Source: the human T2T-CHM13v2.0 reference genome, Homo sapiens. From it: a DNA stretch of 64,000 nt. Each line of letters opens with the position of its first letter. Positions within the stretch are counted from its first letter, which is position 1. Under the pieces are notes generated by a model. It saw only the letters and a list, made by a program, of their open reading frames with translations. It was not told where the DNA came from and did not search any database. Made by a program: the position numbers and the translations under genes. Positions 1-14,290 of this stretch are shown piece after piece. The stretch is from NCBI RefSeq assembly GCF_009914755.1, contig NC_060926.1. One strand, written 5' to 3'.

Positions 1-46
1 CAACAGAGCGGGACTCCGTCTCAAAAAAAAAAGAAAGAAAAAAAAT
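1..46 (+). mobile_element. Alu 3' end and tail
   Basis: caacagagcgggactccgtctc + A-tail. Confidence 0.9.
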
Positions 47-589
47 GCATAGAAACATAAACTATATGGCATTGAAACATACCCTGCTATATAAACATAC
101 AGTATGTCACTTTTATCTCTTTATGCATATAACTGTATAAAGAAATATCAACAGTTTGACCTTTTGCCTGAAACTCTTAAATACTCACGAAATGGTCAAT
201 TTGATCTTAATTATTAGCTGAAGAACCCAGGAGACTCCACTGCTATCTAGAATCTAGAATCTAGATTCACACCTAGAGGGCCCCACCCATTAACTAAGCT
301 GTGTGTTCCTGTGCCTCCAGACACAATTAACTGTAACTTGCATAATTAAGTCAATAGGCAAGTTTGAATACTGAGACCTAGCTAGAAAAAGTAGCAGCAA
401 AGACAAACTAAGCTGGAATTCGTTAGACAAGCAACAGGAAGATTTGAAAATTCTTCCAGTTCAAGTTGGAATTAAGGTGGCTGTTAATTTCCACCGACTT
501 TCCCAAACTAGTGATATTTTGCTGTTCTCTGAAAAAAGAATCTATCATAAGCACATTCATTCGAGAAAAATAGCATGTTTAAGTTTTCA

Positions 590-1800
590 TACCTATTCCC
601 AAGTTACTTTTAATTTTGAACATTGTTCAAGGGCAGAATATATATTGGTTAGGATGTATTCATTGCTGGTTCATCTCCAAAATACTTTTTATGAGGGCTG
701 CCAGCTTCTGAACATCTTCACTCTTGATGGTACTGTACAGAGGGGAGATCTGTGCTCTTCCAAGGAGAGCATATTGAGTTCAAGAGCTTTTTCAAGAAAT
801 CTTTTTTTTATAAAGCACCATCTCCTTTGACATTGCCAGTATGGAATGGAATATTCATCTTTCTCATAATGGAATATTATGAGGCTCTACTGGATGTTCA
901 TAGAATCCTTAAGAATTATTAAAAATATCATAAATTATTATTTTAGATTTGATGGAGCTAAGCTTCTCCACCACTGCTGCAGTGCCATCATTCTTAATCT
1001 ACACCAGGAACAAGCCCATGACATAGTTGCTGAAATACTGTTGCATGTTGTACAAGAAGTTGTTTCCAACATGCACTTTGTATTCCCGGATGGAGGGCCA
1101 TTCTCTGAGGGTGACCCCAGCAGTCATTGCAGATGATCACTACTGTCATCCCAAAACAACCAACATGCTTCTGGGCACCAGCAAAAATCACACCAAACCT
1201 GGAAGCATCCACTGCCTTCGATAGAAAGTTTGAGGATATGTGGCAAACCAGTAGTGCTTCCTGAGATCAGATATAAAGTCAGACTCCACTCTGTGCCAGT
1301 CATTTGTGCAGCATTACACATCGAAGCTGTAAGGGTGAGGTTCCAGGTGTTGAATCTGGAATTTTCATATAACTCCCAAGTTTAGGGTAGCTGATATTCA
1401 CGATCTCAAACTTCTTGGATGCTTCTGCAGCTTTAGCTGACCAAGCTCCTGTCACCACATAGTTGGCACACCTTCCTGCTTTCAGGCACTTTGGGTTTAA
1501 GGGGACAGCACTGAACTGGCCAGACCCACCTTCTTGCACAAAAATGACCTTGTACAGTAGTTGTTTGGAATGGCTAACAATTCCCACACCAGATTCTCTG
1601 TGGTATTAATAATTTTAGTGAAATTGGATGACCTGTTGTTCATTTCAAGAACACTAATGCCAATTCCTTTGTGGTCTAATAATTATTGTTCTATCTCTAA
1701 CAACACTGAGCTCAGCACCTTGGTGGGCCCAGGGCCGAAGTTGACCACCTGCCTTCATGGTGTGATGGAGGGTAGGGAATCAGCTGGGGGGGGGACCTAT
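590..1800 (-). pseudogene. PSAT1: Processed pseudogene of phosphoserine aminotransferase 1
   Basis: Intronless fragments [67 protein letters not shown] at 1758, stop near 660, short 3'UTR; many frameshifts and stops. Confidence 0.93.
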
Positions 1801-4800
1801 TGTGTGGGCAGCATGCATCCCCCCACCTGCAGTGGCAGGAGCCTGTTGACCAGTGTCCATTCTCTATTAATATGTGACTCATGTTTTTAAACTCTTTGGA
1901 AATTATACTTTGACATCATACTGCTACTAATGAATTGTTTCTAACATGCTTATCTGATCATATTATTTCTCTGCTTAAATTCCTTAATGGCTGCGGGTAG
2001 CCTTAATAACTGATGCTCATACTCCTTAGTTTGACACTTACATGTCCTTCATGCCTACTTTTCTAGCCAAATCTCTTCCTATCCCCACACAAACACTATA
2101 TTCCAACCACACGGCACTATTAAATAAGCAATGTGTTTTTCTTTTTGTACCTGCTGCCTTCTTCATCTAGACCTCCTCCTCCCATTCCCACTGCCCTTTT
2201 CCTCCTTTCCCTCCTTTCTATCTTATTTATCCTTCAAGATTCAGCCCAGGTGTCATCTCCTCTGGAAGCCTCCCCAGATCACCCTTGCTGGATTAAGGTG
2301 TTTCTTTCCTCTGCTCTCCTTGTACTTACACACATCATGCTTTCTCCAATTCTTCATTTACTTGCCTGTTTCCGAGACTAAAAGCTAGAGTATAAGCTCT
2401 TGAGCTAGGAACTGAATTGACCATCTCTGAAGTACTTATATCCTGAATTTACTGTTACAAAAATGAACTATTTGCCTCATCTGTCTCTGTAAATAATCAA
2501 TTTATATAGTAAAATTATGTTAAGTGTATTGACTGCCAGCGATGTACTAAACATAAGCAGAGGTACATGTAGCCTCTTCCCAATGGCCCTAGCTCCTAAA
2601 TTTAACCATTATTAGTTAGGCTCTTTTCCTTGATGCATTCTTAATGTTATAGTCAATGAAAAAAAATAAAATTTCAATCATGCTGTTGTCTAATAGAGGT
2701 TGTTCCATCCTTCCCCATCAGATAGTCATTAATATTCTCAGAATTTTAACCATACTTAAAACTTGGCCTACAGTCAAACAGTATTTATGAACATAAAAGT
2801 GTTCCCATTTTCCCCAAGAAATATAAAGAAAATTATCACTTGCTGGATTTAAGCTAAGTCATCCCCTGGTAGATTAAGTGTTCATGGCCCTCTGATAATA
2901 GCATGTGCCACAGCCTCACCCAGTGTATTGTGTGGGCCCTTGACTGTACTTTCCTCTCAACTACTTCCAACTGTGGGTCATCCACTCAACAGACATTTCA
3001 TTGTGTGATTTCCTATTGACAAATGTCTTTCTTGTGCTTTTTGTAATGCTGTTCTGTTTGGAGCAAGTTTGTTCCCTTTGGCAGAAAACACTATTCATGA
3101 GAAAAATTTTCTAATGAAAAAAATCCTAGACTTTGGTGCTGAGTATCAGCAGCATAAGGAAAAGCACAACTGTGTGAGGATTAGAACTTTATATGTGTAA
3201 TTGACTTCAGGCTCCAACCAAAGACAGCATCAGGATAAATCCTCTTATGCTTTTACTTGCTCTGAACCACCTCTCAGATGTCCAGGTTCATGGTAAAATG
3301 TGTTTCATCTATGCCTGAAGTATCTTGAGGCTCTAAATCTTTGCAAGAGTATTTTATTCCCTCATCCATGTTAGAAAAACATCACCAGGAAGGCAAACAT
3401 AGTTACCTGATGGTCTCATGTTAGACTTTTTGTTTATTTAGGTAAGCACCTCTTCCTACTAGTGGACTCATCTCAGAAGATTTCAAAAACAAAAGTCTCA
3501 AGTGACGTGGATATTTCCACCTGGTTGTAGTGGGATAGGCTGGATTGATGATTTTTCACACTAAGCTCTGAGTGTTCCAATGAGTTCCTTGGAAGTCTCT
3601 CAGGATCAACAGGGGTGAGTGGAAGGGGCTCCCCACTCCAGTTTCAATATGAGATACTCTATTTTTGTCCATTTTATATAAGTTGATCTCTAATCTGAAT
3701 TTCATTTGAAAAAAGTGTTCCACTGCTTAAAGGTAAGTTTAAAAAGAGAACAGAACTAGAATACTTTTAAAAAAATTCAGTAGTTAGCTTACATTGCATA
3801 CAAATAAAGTAGGCATGGGATATTGATATTGCTGTTAATTCAAAGCAGTAACACATTTAAAAATTCATTTATTCTACAAACATCTATTGAGTTATGATTG
3901 CTGCTAAATATGTTCAGTTTGAGATTCTACCCAGTATGATGGGATAGTGTTTTTCACAAGGTACATGGCTCTTTGCAGATGTCCAACACTCTATAAACTA
4001 CATAGCTGGAAGGGAACCCGGGAATTATCCAGTCTACCCTCTTCCTTTTTAGTCAAAGAAACTAGAGTAGAAAGAAATTAAGTAAGTTGAACAATGATAC
4101 TTCAGGCACCAAGTGGGCAGCTGAAGTAAATCCACATGCAGCCTGCCCTGTGTGTATAAAAATAATGCATCTTGGGGATGACAGAGGAAACTAAAATATG
4201 TTCTGTCTTATTTTATATTACAAGACTAACTCTGTTCATGTCAAGTTGCTAAACCATTAATACATAAAATTAAGAAAAAAAGGTACTTTTGTATGTTTGA
4301 GAAACATTGTGAGAACCAGTCTCTAAATATGAATTCTTGTCTTCCCTGTTTCACTGCACTATGTGCAAAAATTTGTTTCCAAAGAGATCAAGGAGGCATA
4401 CACACTGATTTATCCTATGGTTGTTATGAAATTCTGCCTACCCTCAATCTTGCTCCAAGGTCCTTTCCACTGCAGCAGTCAAGCTCATCTACTATCCCAG
4501 TCCCACTAGTGCCAATACCTTGACCTTCCCATGAGACGTTAGGAATCTTTGTGGCTGCTGGGATAGGACTGGCAATGGAACAGGGAAAGACTGAGCCAGG
4601 CAAGACCATTAAATCCAGCTGTCCCTGGGCCAGGTTCGTGTAAGAAGAGAAATGGCTTTCTGTGGACAGATGCAAAGCTGAGCTGCCAAGAAGTTTGATG
4701 GGATGGTAGAGGAGGTAGTTCTCTAAATATTGGAAATCCCAAGCCTGTGGAAGGTGATGGCACATAAGGAAAGACCTCACACTTTGGAGCCGATGGACTT

Positions 4801-5880
4801 GGCTTTAGAATCCCAGCTGCACCTCTTACTGGCAATGAGACTTTGCAAATTTATTTTAACTTCTCTAAGCCCTCAGTTTCCATCTCTGTAAAATATGGTT
4901 GTAAAAATGCCATGAAATAATGTATGTAAGGAAATTCATTAGCACAGTGCCTAATAAATTTTAGTTTCTCTTTTCTTTGCCTTAAATTCCTTAGTTTTCT
5001 CCCATCTCAGGCTCTCTCTCTCTCTACGTCTCTATGAAACAGCTCTGCTAAAGAAAGATGCAAACTTTTGATAATCTACCCTTGAAGAAAAGCTCCTTGG
5101 AATTTGGACCTACAGTTTGAAAATTTGGCATGCTACACCAACACTACAGTGACAAGGGAAAAAATTGTTTGTGACAGAGAAAAATTACCTGCAATTTACA
5201 ATACCCAGCTGCCTCCAAAGGAGGTTCTTTGCTGAACAGAGTGATGGGTATGAGGATGCAGGGTTAAGAGAGTTCACCAAATTGTTCTGCATTAGAAAAA
5301 TCCTGTTTATTCATTTATTGTAGGAGGTAGGCAGGGGTGAGTCAGGGTGAATGGAAAATGAATGAGATCCAGAAGAACCAGGGAAAATGTGGAGCCTATG
5401 TGTGGCAAGATTGAAGGGTGGGAAAGTGGCTAAGGGGAACTTTCTGAGGAGACCCCAGATGTTAAACAGGAATTTTTATTAAAATTTGCTATGTGGTGCT
5501 CCATATAATCCTTTCATGCCTTTCTCCATAAAACCTACAATAATATCTATATTTCTTATCACTATGTTGAAGGAAATTGAGTTTGTTCTTGTTGAGAAGT
5601 ACAAGAACAAATTGAAGTGTTAAGTCCCACTTCAAGGTGTTTGTGACCCCAGGACAGGGCTGCCTATGAGGCCCAGGAACATCTGGGTCCCATTACTTAA
5701 AAATCAGCAACCTCTCCTCTGGCTGAAGACATGCATTATTTTTAAAAAGCAGAAAGAAAGAACCAACACCTAGAAACCATTGTCTTGGGGCCCAGGACAA
5801 TACGACTCAGCTCTGAAGGATAAAGGTAGAGTTTTACCAGCCAAAGGTACACAAAGTCCAAAAGACTGGCCTTAACTCAG

Positions 5881-6287
5881 TGATGTAGTTTGGATATTTG
5901 TCCCTGCCCAACTCTCATGTTGAATTCTAATTCCCAGTGCTGGAGGTGGGGCCTGGTGGGAGGTATTTGGGTCATGGGGGTGGATTCCTCATGGCTTGGT
6001 TCTGTCTTCATGATAGTGAATGGGTTCGCAAGATATCTGGTCATTTAAAAGTGTGCGGCACTCCCCTACTCTTTCTTTTGCTCTTGCTCTGGCCATGTGA
6101 CATGCCTGCTCCCCCTTCACCTTCCACCATGATTGTAAGCTTCCTGTGGTCTCTCTAGAAGTCGAGTAGATGCCAGCACCATGCTTCCTGTACAGCCTGT
6201 AGAACTGTGAGCAATTAAACCTCTTTTCTTTATAAATTGTCCACTCTCAGATATTTCTTTATAGCAACGCAAGAATGGCCTAACACA
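5881..6287 (+). mobile_element. MaLR solo LTR (MST family)
   Basis: TG...CA ends (tgatgtagtttgg...cctaacaca), typical MST internal motifs, 5-bp TSD ctcag. Confidence 0.9.
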
Positions 6288-8411
6288 CTCAGAACTTCTC
6301 TATGTACCTCACAAAATGGTTATAAGGCCCTCAACTCTTAATCTTTCTATTGTAAACATTGTTGATATTGAGAATATTTACCTGATGCTGCAAAATTTGT
6401 GTGAAAAGTCAAAGAATAAAAGTGTTTAATAAATCCCAAGGCAGAGACTTTCATTTGACTGAGAACTCTTTCCATGGCCAGACAATCAACAGCAGCAGCT
6501 TTCTGAGCTCATCTGTGAAGTAATGGGATAATGGATTAGATTTTCAGAGCTTCCAGCAGAGCTTGTGGTCACATTTAGCTCCATTGCTCTACTTCCCTCG
6601 TGATTCTCTTTGCTTTTTCACAGTGGAACAGGGCCTATTAGCAAGCAAGAAGTAGCTTTTAAGAAAAAGGTCACATTAAAAAAAAAGAAAGAAAAGAAAA
6701 AGGTCACAGAAAAACACATACCTTGAAAAACTGATAGGAGTAGAAATTGGATATGGAGAAAGATGACAGAGTCCAAGAGAGCATCCAGGAAGCTTTTAAG
6801 GTTTGAGAGTGTTACATAGTACACTACTTTGAAATAATAGCTATTCAAATGAATAAAGCTAAGGGAATTTGTTGTGGAAGCTTAACTGCTTCAAGTCATT
6901 GGTGAAACATCCAGAACAGCAACCATTTTAACTGGAAAATTGGTTTCTACAAAATGATCAACAGGTACAAATGAATGGATGATGCTCTATTGCAAGGACA
7001 ACATGAAGATAGCACTGAACATGCTACAGTGAGCTGCCACATAAACCAGCTCTGAGAATTGAGTATCATAATGTAGAGGAAAAAGTGTAAGATTTAGAAT
7101 TAGATGGCCTAGATGAAAACCCAAGCTCTAATACTTGCTACTTGCCAAATAGTAGGTCACTCAGTTCTTCTGAACCTCAATATCATCTTCTATAAAGAGA
7201 GGTGTTGTACCTCACATGGTTGTTAAAAGTTCCAGTGAAGAAAAATGCAGATGAAAGCACTTTTCCATTTTTTTCTAATGATGAAAGTAATATATGTTCA
7301 ATGCAAGCAACTTACAAAGCAGAAAAATGCTAAAGAAGAAACCATAATCTTACCAATCAAGGAGAACAGATAGTATTTCAATATGTCTTCTCAATTATTT
7401 TATATGTATGGGTGTGTGCACGCACACACACATACACACACAAATACACTTCTTTTTAAACAAAAATAACATCTTGAATGTGCATACTATTTTTGTAGCC
7501 TGCATTTCTACTTAGCAATAATATACTGCAAAATATTTCCCATGCCAATATTCTTCTACCAAGTGTTTAGGAAAACACTTAAAACTGTAAATGGCCATTC
7601 AAATATCAGTAGTTATTATGAAAATATGAATGAATGAATATTCTCATTTTTCCCTCTATACACACCAAACCTGAAGCACCCAAAAAGTCCCCCTGCATCA
7701 TTTTATTGGCAGTTTTCTAAATAAGCTATAAGGTGAACAGAATCCTTTTCTTCTATCTTTTTTTGTTTCTTTCATGATCTTTTTGATAACTAGGAAGAAA
7801 AAAGCTACAAAATGAGATTGCATGCCAGCATATTTTACTTTAAATGCCTTTGATTTATTATCTTCAAATTTGCTTTTCCAACGATGCATGGATTCTGTTG
7901 AGATGTGCTACGTGTGCACCCTCATGCTTTCCATTAACATAAGTTACAAATAATTACCCTGAAGTCTGGACCCACTGCCCTTTTGTTTTCCATATCCAAG
8001 GTCTTTTGCTCTCATGAAGAATATATACACTTTTTCTATTTACACAAGTAGAAAGTAAATTGCAGCTCTGATTTGGGAGTGGCACAAAAATGATGAGTGG
8101 GCAAGTTAATTTGGTATGAGGATGTTTTGCCCATCTCAACTGACCTGGATTGAGATTTGGAGATGTGGGAACTCATTCCGACTCTCATTATTCATGCATC
8201 TTGAGCAAACCACTCACCTTTCCTCAACCTTGGTTTCTTCATCTGTAAAATGTCAGGAATAGAGTAGATAATCTCTGAACTTCTAAGATTTTAAGGCCAC
8301 ATTTGGAAAGTCAGGTGTGCATTCTGATGGAACACAGGAGATACAGTGGACAGATATGCCCCAGAAGAGCTCTAACCAGCTGCTTAAATAGTGAAAACTC
8401 CTGTGCCACTT

Positions 8412-9779
8412 TTTTTTAAACCTTTTAAATGGCTTTATGTGCAAATAGTGAACAGATGTTGTACCCATAAATTCTACTTTCCAAAAACAGGAGCTTTTTA
8501 AAAGAAAACCACATAATAACTTTTAAAAGGTGCTGGGATTCCTCCACTTCTAGATCATTGCTAGGCTAGAAAAATAAAGTTTGTTCTATCAGGAATCACA
8601 AGTTAGAACTGAGTATTCTCCAAAGTGGAAATTCTAGAGTGTAGTGTCACTCCAGGCAAAGATTATTCAGTTCTCATCCCCAACATCCACAGCTACCTAT
8701 CAGAAGGGTTAAACCAGGTCAAAACAGTCCAGCATAATTAGGCTTCATCCAACAATGTCATTATGCTCTTCTAAGATACAAATAAACCAAAACAGGAAAT
8801 ACTAAAATTAAAATAATATTTGACACTGTCATACAAATTGTTATTTCCTTGTTGTATCCCCCACTTCTATAACATTAATAAAGGGAATATTTTACTGCCA
8901 AGAATATTTTATTTTATACATCACTGGCCATGAATTTTTGCCATTAGTTATTATACAAATGCTGCCTAGTGCCATTATCCAAATGGCATAACCATTTTAT
9001 GTCCACAATTCACTTCTATAGTTATAAGTAGAATTTTCATGATTTACATAAGTACATCTATCAGTGAAGATTTAACACTGAGATGCAATCTAATGTCCGT
9101 AATATGTGACGTTTCATAGATGGCAATGTAGGAAAGATATATTTTAATCACTTTTCATTTAAGTGACCTTATGTAAAAAGTAAAGTAATAATTTAGTAGT
9201 TCCAAGTCTCCAGAGGGCATTTTCAAATGTACATAAAAGAAATGGTTACAGAGATTTTTTTTAACAAGCATCTTCCATGTCCACATCCTCTTGTAACTGC
9301 TGTACCATTTTCTCTTACAACTGCTTTCCTTTGCCTGCAAGAGGGGCTAGGATAAGATGGATGTTTTGCTTGACTTCTTTGAAGTTTCTGTAGCGCTTTA
9401 TTTTTCTTCAATCTGTTCACTACAAATTTAGCTTGGCGTTTCTGTTTGATCTCTTCAACTCTCTTTATTGCCTCAATAGTTTTATTCCATAGCTCTCACT
9501 GGTATTTGATAGGTTCATTTCTACGTTTTTCAAATTCAAATGAATTATCCACTGTAAGCTCTTTATCAGCTGCTTTCCAGAATGCTTTGGTCCACCCAAC
9601 TTTGCGAGGATTGCGCTTCTTTTTAAAGTTTTTATGATATTTAGAGTTACAAAATCTGAACACCTTGCAATTGTTCTGGACAAACATCATGCTGTGGCCA
9701 GGGTAGATGGACCCCGAACAGAAATAACACTTCTCGATACACATGTTGAACCCACCAAACAAACGTCAAGCTTGAGAGC
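8412..9779 (-). pseudogene. RSL24D1: Processed pseudogene of ribosome biogenesis protein RSL24D1 (RLP24)
   Basis: [55 protein letters not shown] from ATG 9744; premature stop; C-terminus QEDVDMEDA at ~9262; long 3'UTR; poly(T) at ~8410; TSD cctgtgccactt at 8400-8411 and 9780-9791. Confidence 0.96.
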
Positions 9780-10108
9780 CCTGTGCCACTTATTAAATGT
9801 ACCCCTATTGGAGCTTCCCAAGTGCTCTCACTTCCTAATCCCTCCCCCTTCAACTTCCCTGGCTTTCCCCCTGTATCCGCCATTCGTCTAAACTCCAGCG
9901 ACTTTTCCAGCTGTCATCCATACTGGTTGGTCAGTGCCCAACTATTTAACGGTTTTAAAATATTTTGAATATCACCCCGGATATAAGAAACTCTTTTGCG
10001 TCTCCACTGCACAATACATACCTGCTCACCATAGAAGCTAAATCCTTGTGACTGAATCCTCTGGGGCTCACAAAGTTGGAGACTATGTTTAAAACTGGCC
10101 ATTTTTAT

Positions 10109-10200
10109 GGAGGTTGCAGTGAACCAAGATTGCGCAACTGCACTCCAGCCTGGGTGACAAAAGCAAAACTCCATCTCAAAAAAAAAATAAATAAATAAAT
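10109..10200 (+). mobile_element. 5'-truncated Alu
   Basis: ggaggttgcagtga...ccatctc + tail; TSD tggccattttta at 10096-10107 and 10201-10212. Confidence 0.9.
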
Positions 10201-12198
10201 TGGCCATTTTTACATGTAATAGGTGAAAGTAAAATGAAAACCTTAACTGGACTGTATGAGTTTTATCAACAAGTGTAAATCAGATATATTTATTTTTCTA
10301 TGTGTACAGGTGTTTTATTGTTTTAAAAAATAAAGGGAATTTTTGAAAAAACTTTAGTTCTAGACTTTAAAATAACAGAACATACAAATGTGTTCTCTTT
10401 TTAAAGCATCTTTATGGAGGTATAAGTCACATACCATAAAATTCATCCATTTAAAACATGCAACTCAATGATATTCAAAGAATTTTACAACTATCATTGC
10501 AATCTAATTTTAGAATATTTTTATCCACCCCAAAACCTTAGCAGCCACTCCCTATTCCCTTCTGCCCTCAGCCTCTGGAAACCTCTAATCTACTTTCTGT
10601 CTCTATGGATTTGCCTACTCTGTGTATTTCATATAAATGGTGTCATAGAATATGTCAATTTTGTGATTGGTTTCTTTCACTTACCATACTGTATCAAGGT
10701 TATGAGTACATTTTTGACATCTGAATCAAGTTGAAACCAGAAGCAATCCTGGGCAAAATTTGAAGGACACAGTAGTAACATTTGGTTTTGGTATCCTCTG
10801 ACCTCTTCTTCTAGATCCAGCTCTACCTTATCCCCCAGGCCTTTCCTCCCCACGCAGTTTCCCAATTTTGGTATTATCTCCTTCCCTACAAACAAATCTC
10901 TTGTGAAATACCTGGACCTATGGAGATCTGTTTTATCTTAAAACTCCCTGAAAGTAAGGAAACATGAGCAGTAAGGACTCAATGTACTATTCTGCCCAAT
11001 GGTAATTGCCTTTAGAGGATAATTCCTTAATAGCAATAATAGTTTTCATTTTGGAACCCTAACTAATGGCTGGGTTCTGCACTAAACACTTTGTAATACC
11101 TCATTCTTGGTAACTAGGAATTAGGTAATAGGTCATTCTTGCTAACCAGGCAGGTGTGTACTAGTATTTTCATTTTACAGGGAAGATGGTATGGATTCAG
11201 AGAAGTTACCCACCCAAAGCAACCCATCTATTAAATGGCAGAAGCAGGATGTCCATCAGGTGTATTTGATTTCATGGTTCATGCTCTTCATTGCTTCATT
11301 CACATAGCCCAAGACACGGGTTTTTCACATTTTAGTATCTCTGAAATTGGGATGTTTCTTATAATTGATGATGTCTTATTATACTAGGCCTTGGTTTTTC
11401 TTTCTTAGTGGTATATAAAACAGTGATGCATCTTACAGAGGTTTATATCTTTGATTTTGATAAAAGCTGGTAGCAAACAATATTGACTTTCTAAAGGAAT
11501 TAGCCTTTAATAATGGAGTTTTAGGCATTAGTGACAGAGGTAAAGAGAGAAGGAGTTGGGTTTTGAGGGGAAGTTCCTTCCTCAATGTAGCAATGTCTCA
11601 CATATACAGATGCCTATCTTCTTCTTCTGTGGATAAAAGTGACCCGGTAAGTGCTAACCTCATGATGCCTTAATCACAAACACTGCTCCTTTGAAATATC
11701 TAAGTTTTTACATTTCGGTATAGAGAGGTGATGGTCTTGCAACATCAGTTTACCATTGGAGTTATTCAAACAAATTGATTTTAATTGAATTTAATTTTGA
11801 AAACATCATGACATTCTTAAATGAGAGGGAGAGAAAAGGACTATCATTCACTTGCAATTATTTTTCTCATCCTTATTTTCTCTGTTTCTAATAGCACATA
11901 TAGATGATAAAGTTCCAACTCTAAAAAAGTTGAGGAATCACTGACCTACAGCAAAGTGACATTAAAATAGATTCATATTTGCAATGCCTCATATGTTTCT
12001 CCTCATGTATTTTCTTCTCACACTTTCTGCCCACATTTTTGAGAAAACGATTATAAATAAATACAAATTTTTGTGCCCAAATAGTTCCCCTCCTCACATT
12101 TTGCTTTCTGCTTTCTAGCGGAGGCATTTGAAGTGTCCTTGCAAGAGCAGAAAGTGAAGTAGAAGGAGGCAGGAGGAAGCACGTATGTAAGTATTCAC

Positions 12199-12268
12199 TT
12201 GTAGTTTGGTCAGGTTGCACTCACTTGTGAAGGAAAGAACAGGTGAGTACAACCTGACCAAGCTATAA
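12199..12268 (+). repeat. Near-perfect 30-bp inverted repeat / pre-miRNA-like hairpin
   Basis: ttgtagtttggtcaggttgcactcacttgt-(gaaggaaaga)-acaggtgagtacaacctgaccaagctataa: 26 Watson-Crick pairs, 3 G-U and 1 mismatch on the + strand. Confidence 0.85.
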
Positions 12269-12373
12269 ATCACAGGACTGTTGGTTTTCCTGTTCTATAT
12301 GGACATTCATCCACCTGAGCTGGAGTCAGGGCTTTCTTTTTCTGGAGCGATTCCAAATAGAAACTGAAAAGGA

Positions 12374-12767
<394 letters not shown>

Positions 12768-14248
12768 TCACTTGCAATTATTTTTCTCATTCTTATTTTC
12801 TCTGTCTCTAAAAACATATGTAGTTCATTCAACAGGCATATTTTCAGTGCTAAGGGTCAGGCATTATGCTGAAATCAGGTAACTCAAAGGAGACAGGGCG
12901 GATCCAGTTCTGCTCTCTTGGCACTTTCAGTTTAGTGGAGACGACAGACACCAGAAAAATGATTGTACAAATATATCATTACAAAATGTGACAAGTTCTA
13001 TGAAGATAAGAACATAAGCATGAGCATAAGTAATAAAGGGACTCAAAATAGCCTGGGAAGGCCTGCCTTCTCTGAGAAAGTGATATGTTGAGCTGAAAGT
13101 GAAGGATGCGAAGATACAGTCCTCTCTCCATGGGGAGAGAGGAATCGAGGAGGACCTTGGAGTGGGAGAGGTGGGTCCTGTTCAAGGAACCAGAGCCCAG
13201 AAGGGTCTTGGGAGGGCAAGGATGTTCTGAGAGGAGCTGGAGAACTGGGTCAGACCTGCAGGGCCTTGCAGGCCACATGAATGATTCCTCCCTTTATCTT
13301 GTGAGCATTGGAAAGCCACTGAAGGGTTCTAAATGGAGGTGGGGAGGGGGCTGGGGGTAACATGATCACACAGTACTTCTAACAGCTCCCTGTGGTTGCT
13401 GTCTGAGAGCAGATTGAAGGATTGTTCATGAAGGTAAGGATGAGATGTGGATTCTTGCCCCACTTGCCCAGACACGGGATGACTGAGGCAATGGATTGAC
13501 GTTATCCAGTTCTTGGTTTCCTAATGAGTTTAATCGTGTCTGTTATACCCAGCTTACACGATTGCTGTGAGATTCAGATAAAATGGTGGATAGGTGTTTT
13601 GAAGAAGCTCAAAGTGAGACACAAATACAAAAATTAATTTAGAATGGCAAAGCCCCACATAGCGAAGCTTCTGTGGTAATAATTACAACAAAACAGCTAC
13701 CACTTATTAAACACATATTTTGCAGTTAGTCCTCACAGTAACAATATGAGAAAGGTATTACTGGGCCTAATTTAGAGCTGAGCAAACAGACTTAGTAAGT
13801 TAAACAATTTTCCCAAGGTCGCAGCTGCCTAGCATTAGAACTAGGATTCAAACCCAGCTGTGGCTGACTCTTAAACCACATCTCAAATCACTCTTCTTAC
13901 ATCTTCAATGTTTTTCTCTTAATTGATCACATTTGTTGTGAGAACTACAGAAAGAATAAGTGCTTAAAATGGTAACTCATTTTGCCCTCACATCCTGTTT
14001 ATGAATATTCCTTAGCTGGACAACTGGAACGATAGCAGATAAGAGCTGAATGTCAACAAGTAAGCAAGTCAAGCTCTTCACTAGACTTGAGAGAGACTGG
14101 ATAATACTTTAGGAGTGAAACAGATGGTTATGATTATTCTGTGTTATTTACATGGCACCAAGGAAGTTTGATTAAATAAAAAATTTGTTTCATTTGAATG
14201 TTTTGGCAAAAATGCTGTCATCCAGACAAGCAGAATAGGACAGATACC

Positions 14249-14258
14249 CACACACATA

Positions 14259-14290
<32 letters not shown>
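14249..14290 (+). repeat. (CA)n microsatellite
   Basis: Direct observation. Confidence 0.95.

Larger units (their letters stand above)
377..8035 (-). pseudogene. Candidate fossil exons 8035-7958, 7894-7839, 5286-5189, 4744-4607, 3520-3407, 3332-3257, 3053-2920, 528-~377 (best-preserved C2 domain)
   Basis: KVYIFFMRAKDLGYGKQKGSGSRLQ|..KSKAFK|NNLVNSLNP(fs)ILIPITLFSKEPPLEAAGYCKLQ|AWDFQYLENYLLYHPIKLLGSSALHL..GQLDLM|VEISTSLETFVFEIF*..|EPQDTSGIDETHFTMNLDI*EVVQS|..DDPQLEVVERK..|EQQNITSLGKSVEINSHLNSNLNWKNFQIF. Strands appear in canonical C2 order. Confidence 0.62.

Noticed and set aside
444-1890. + strand ORFs (128, 85, 109 aa)
   Set aside because: Antisense shadows of the PSAT1 retrocopy.
6880-6945. 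Extra minus-strand exon candidate (KPIFQLKWLLFW..)
   Set aside because: Weak donor and not needed for phase continuity of flanking exons.
9496-9762. RSL24D1-like ORF as a functional gene
   Set aside because: Intronless, with poly(A), TSDs, premature stop and altered zinc-ligand positions: a retrocopy.
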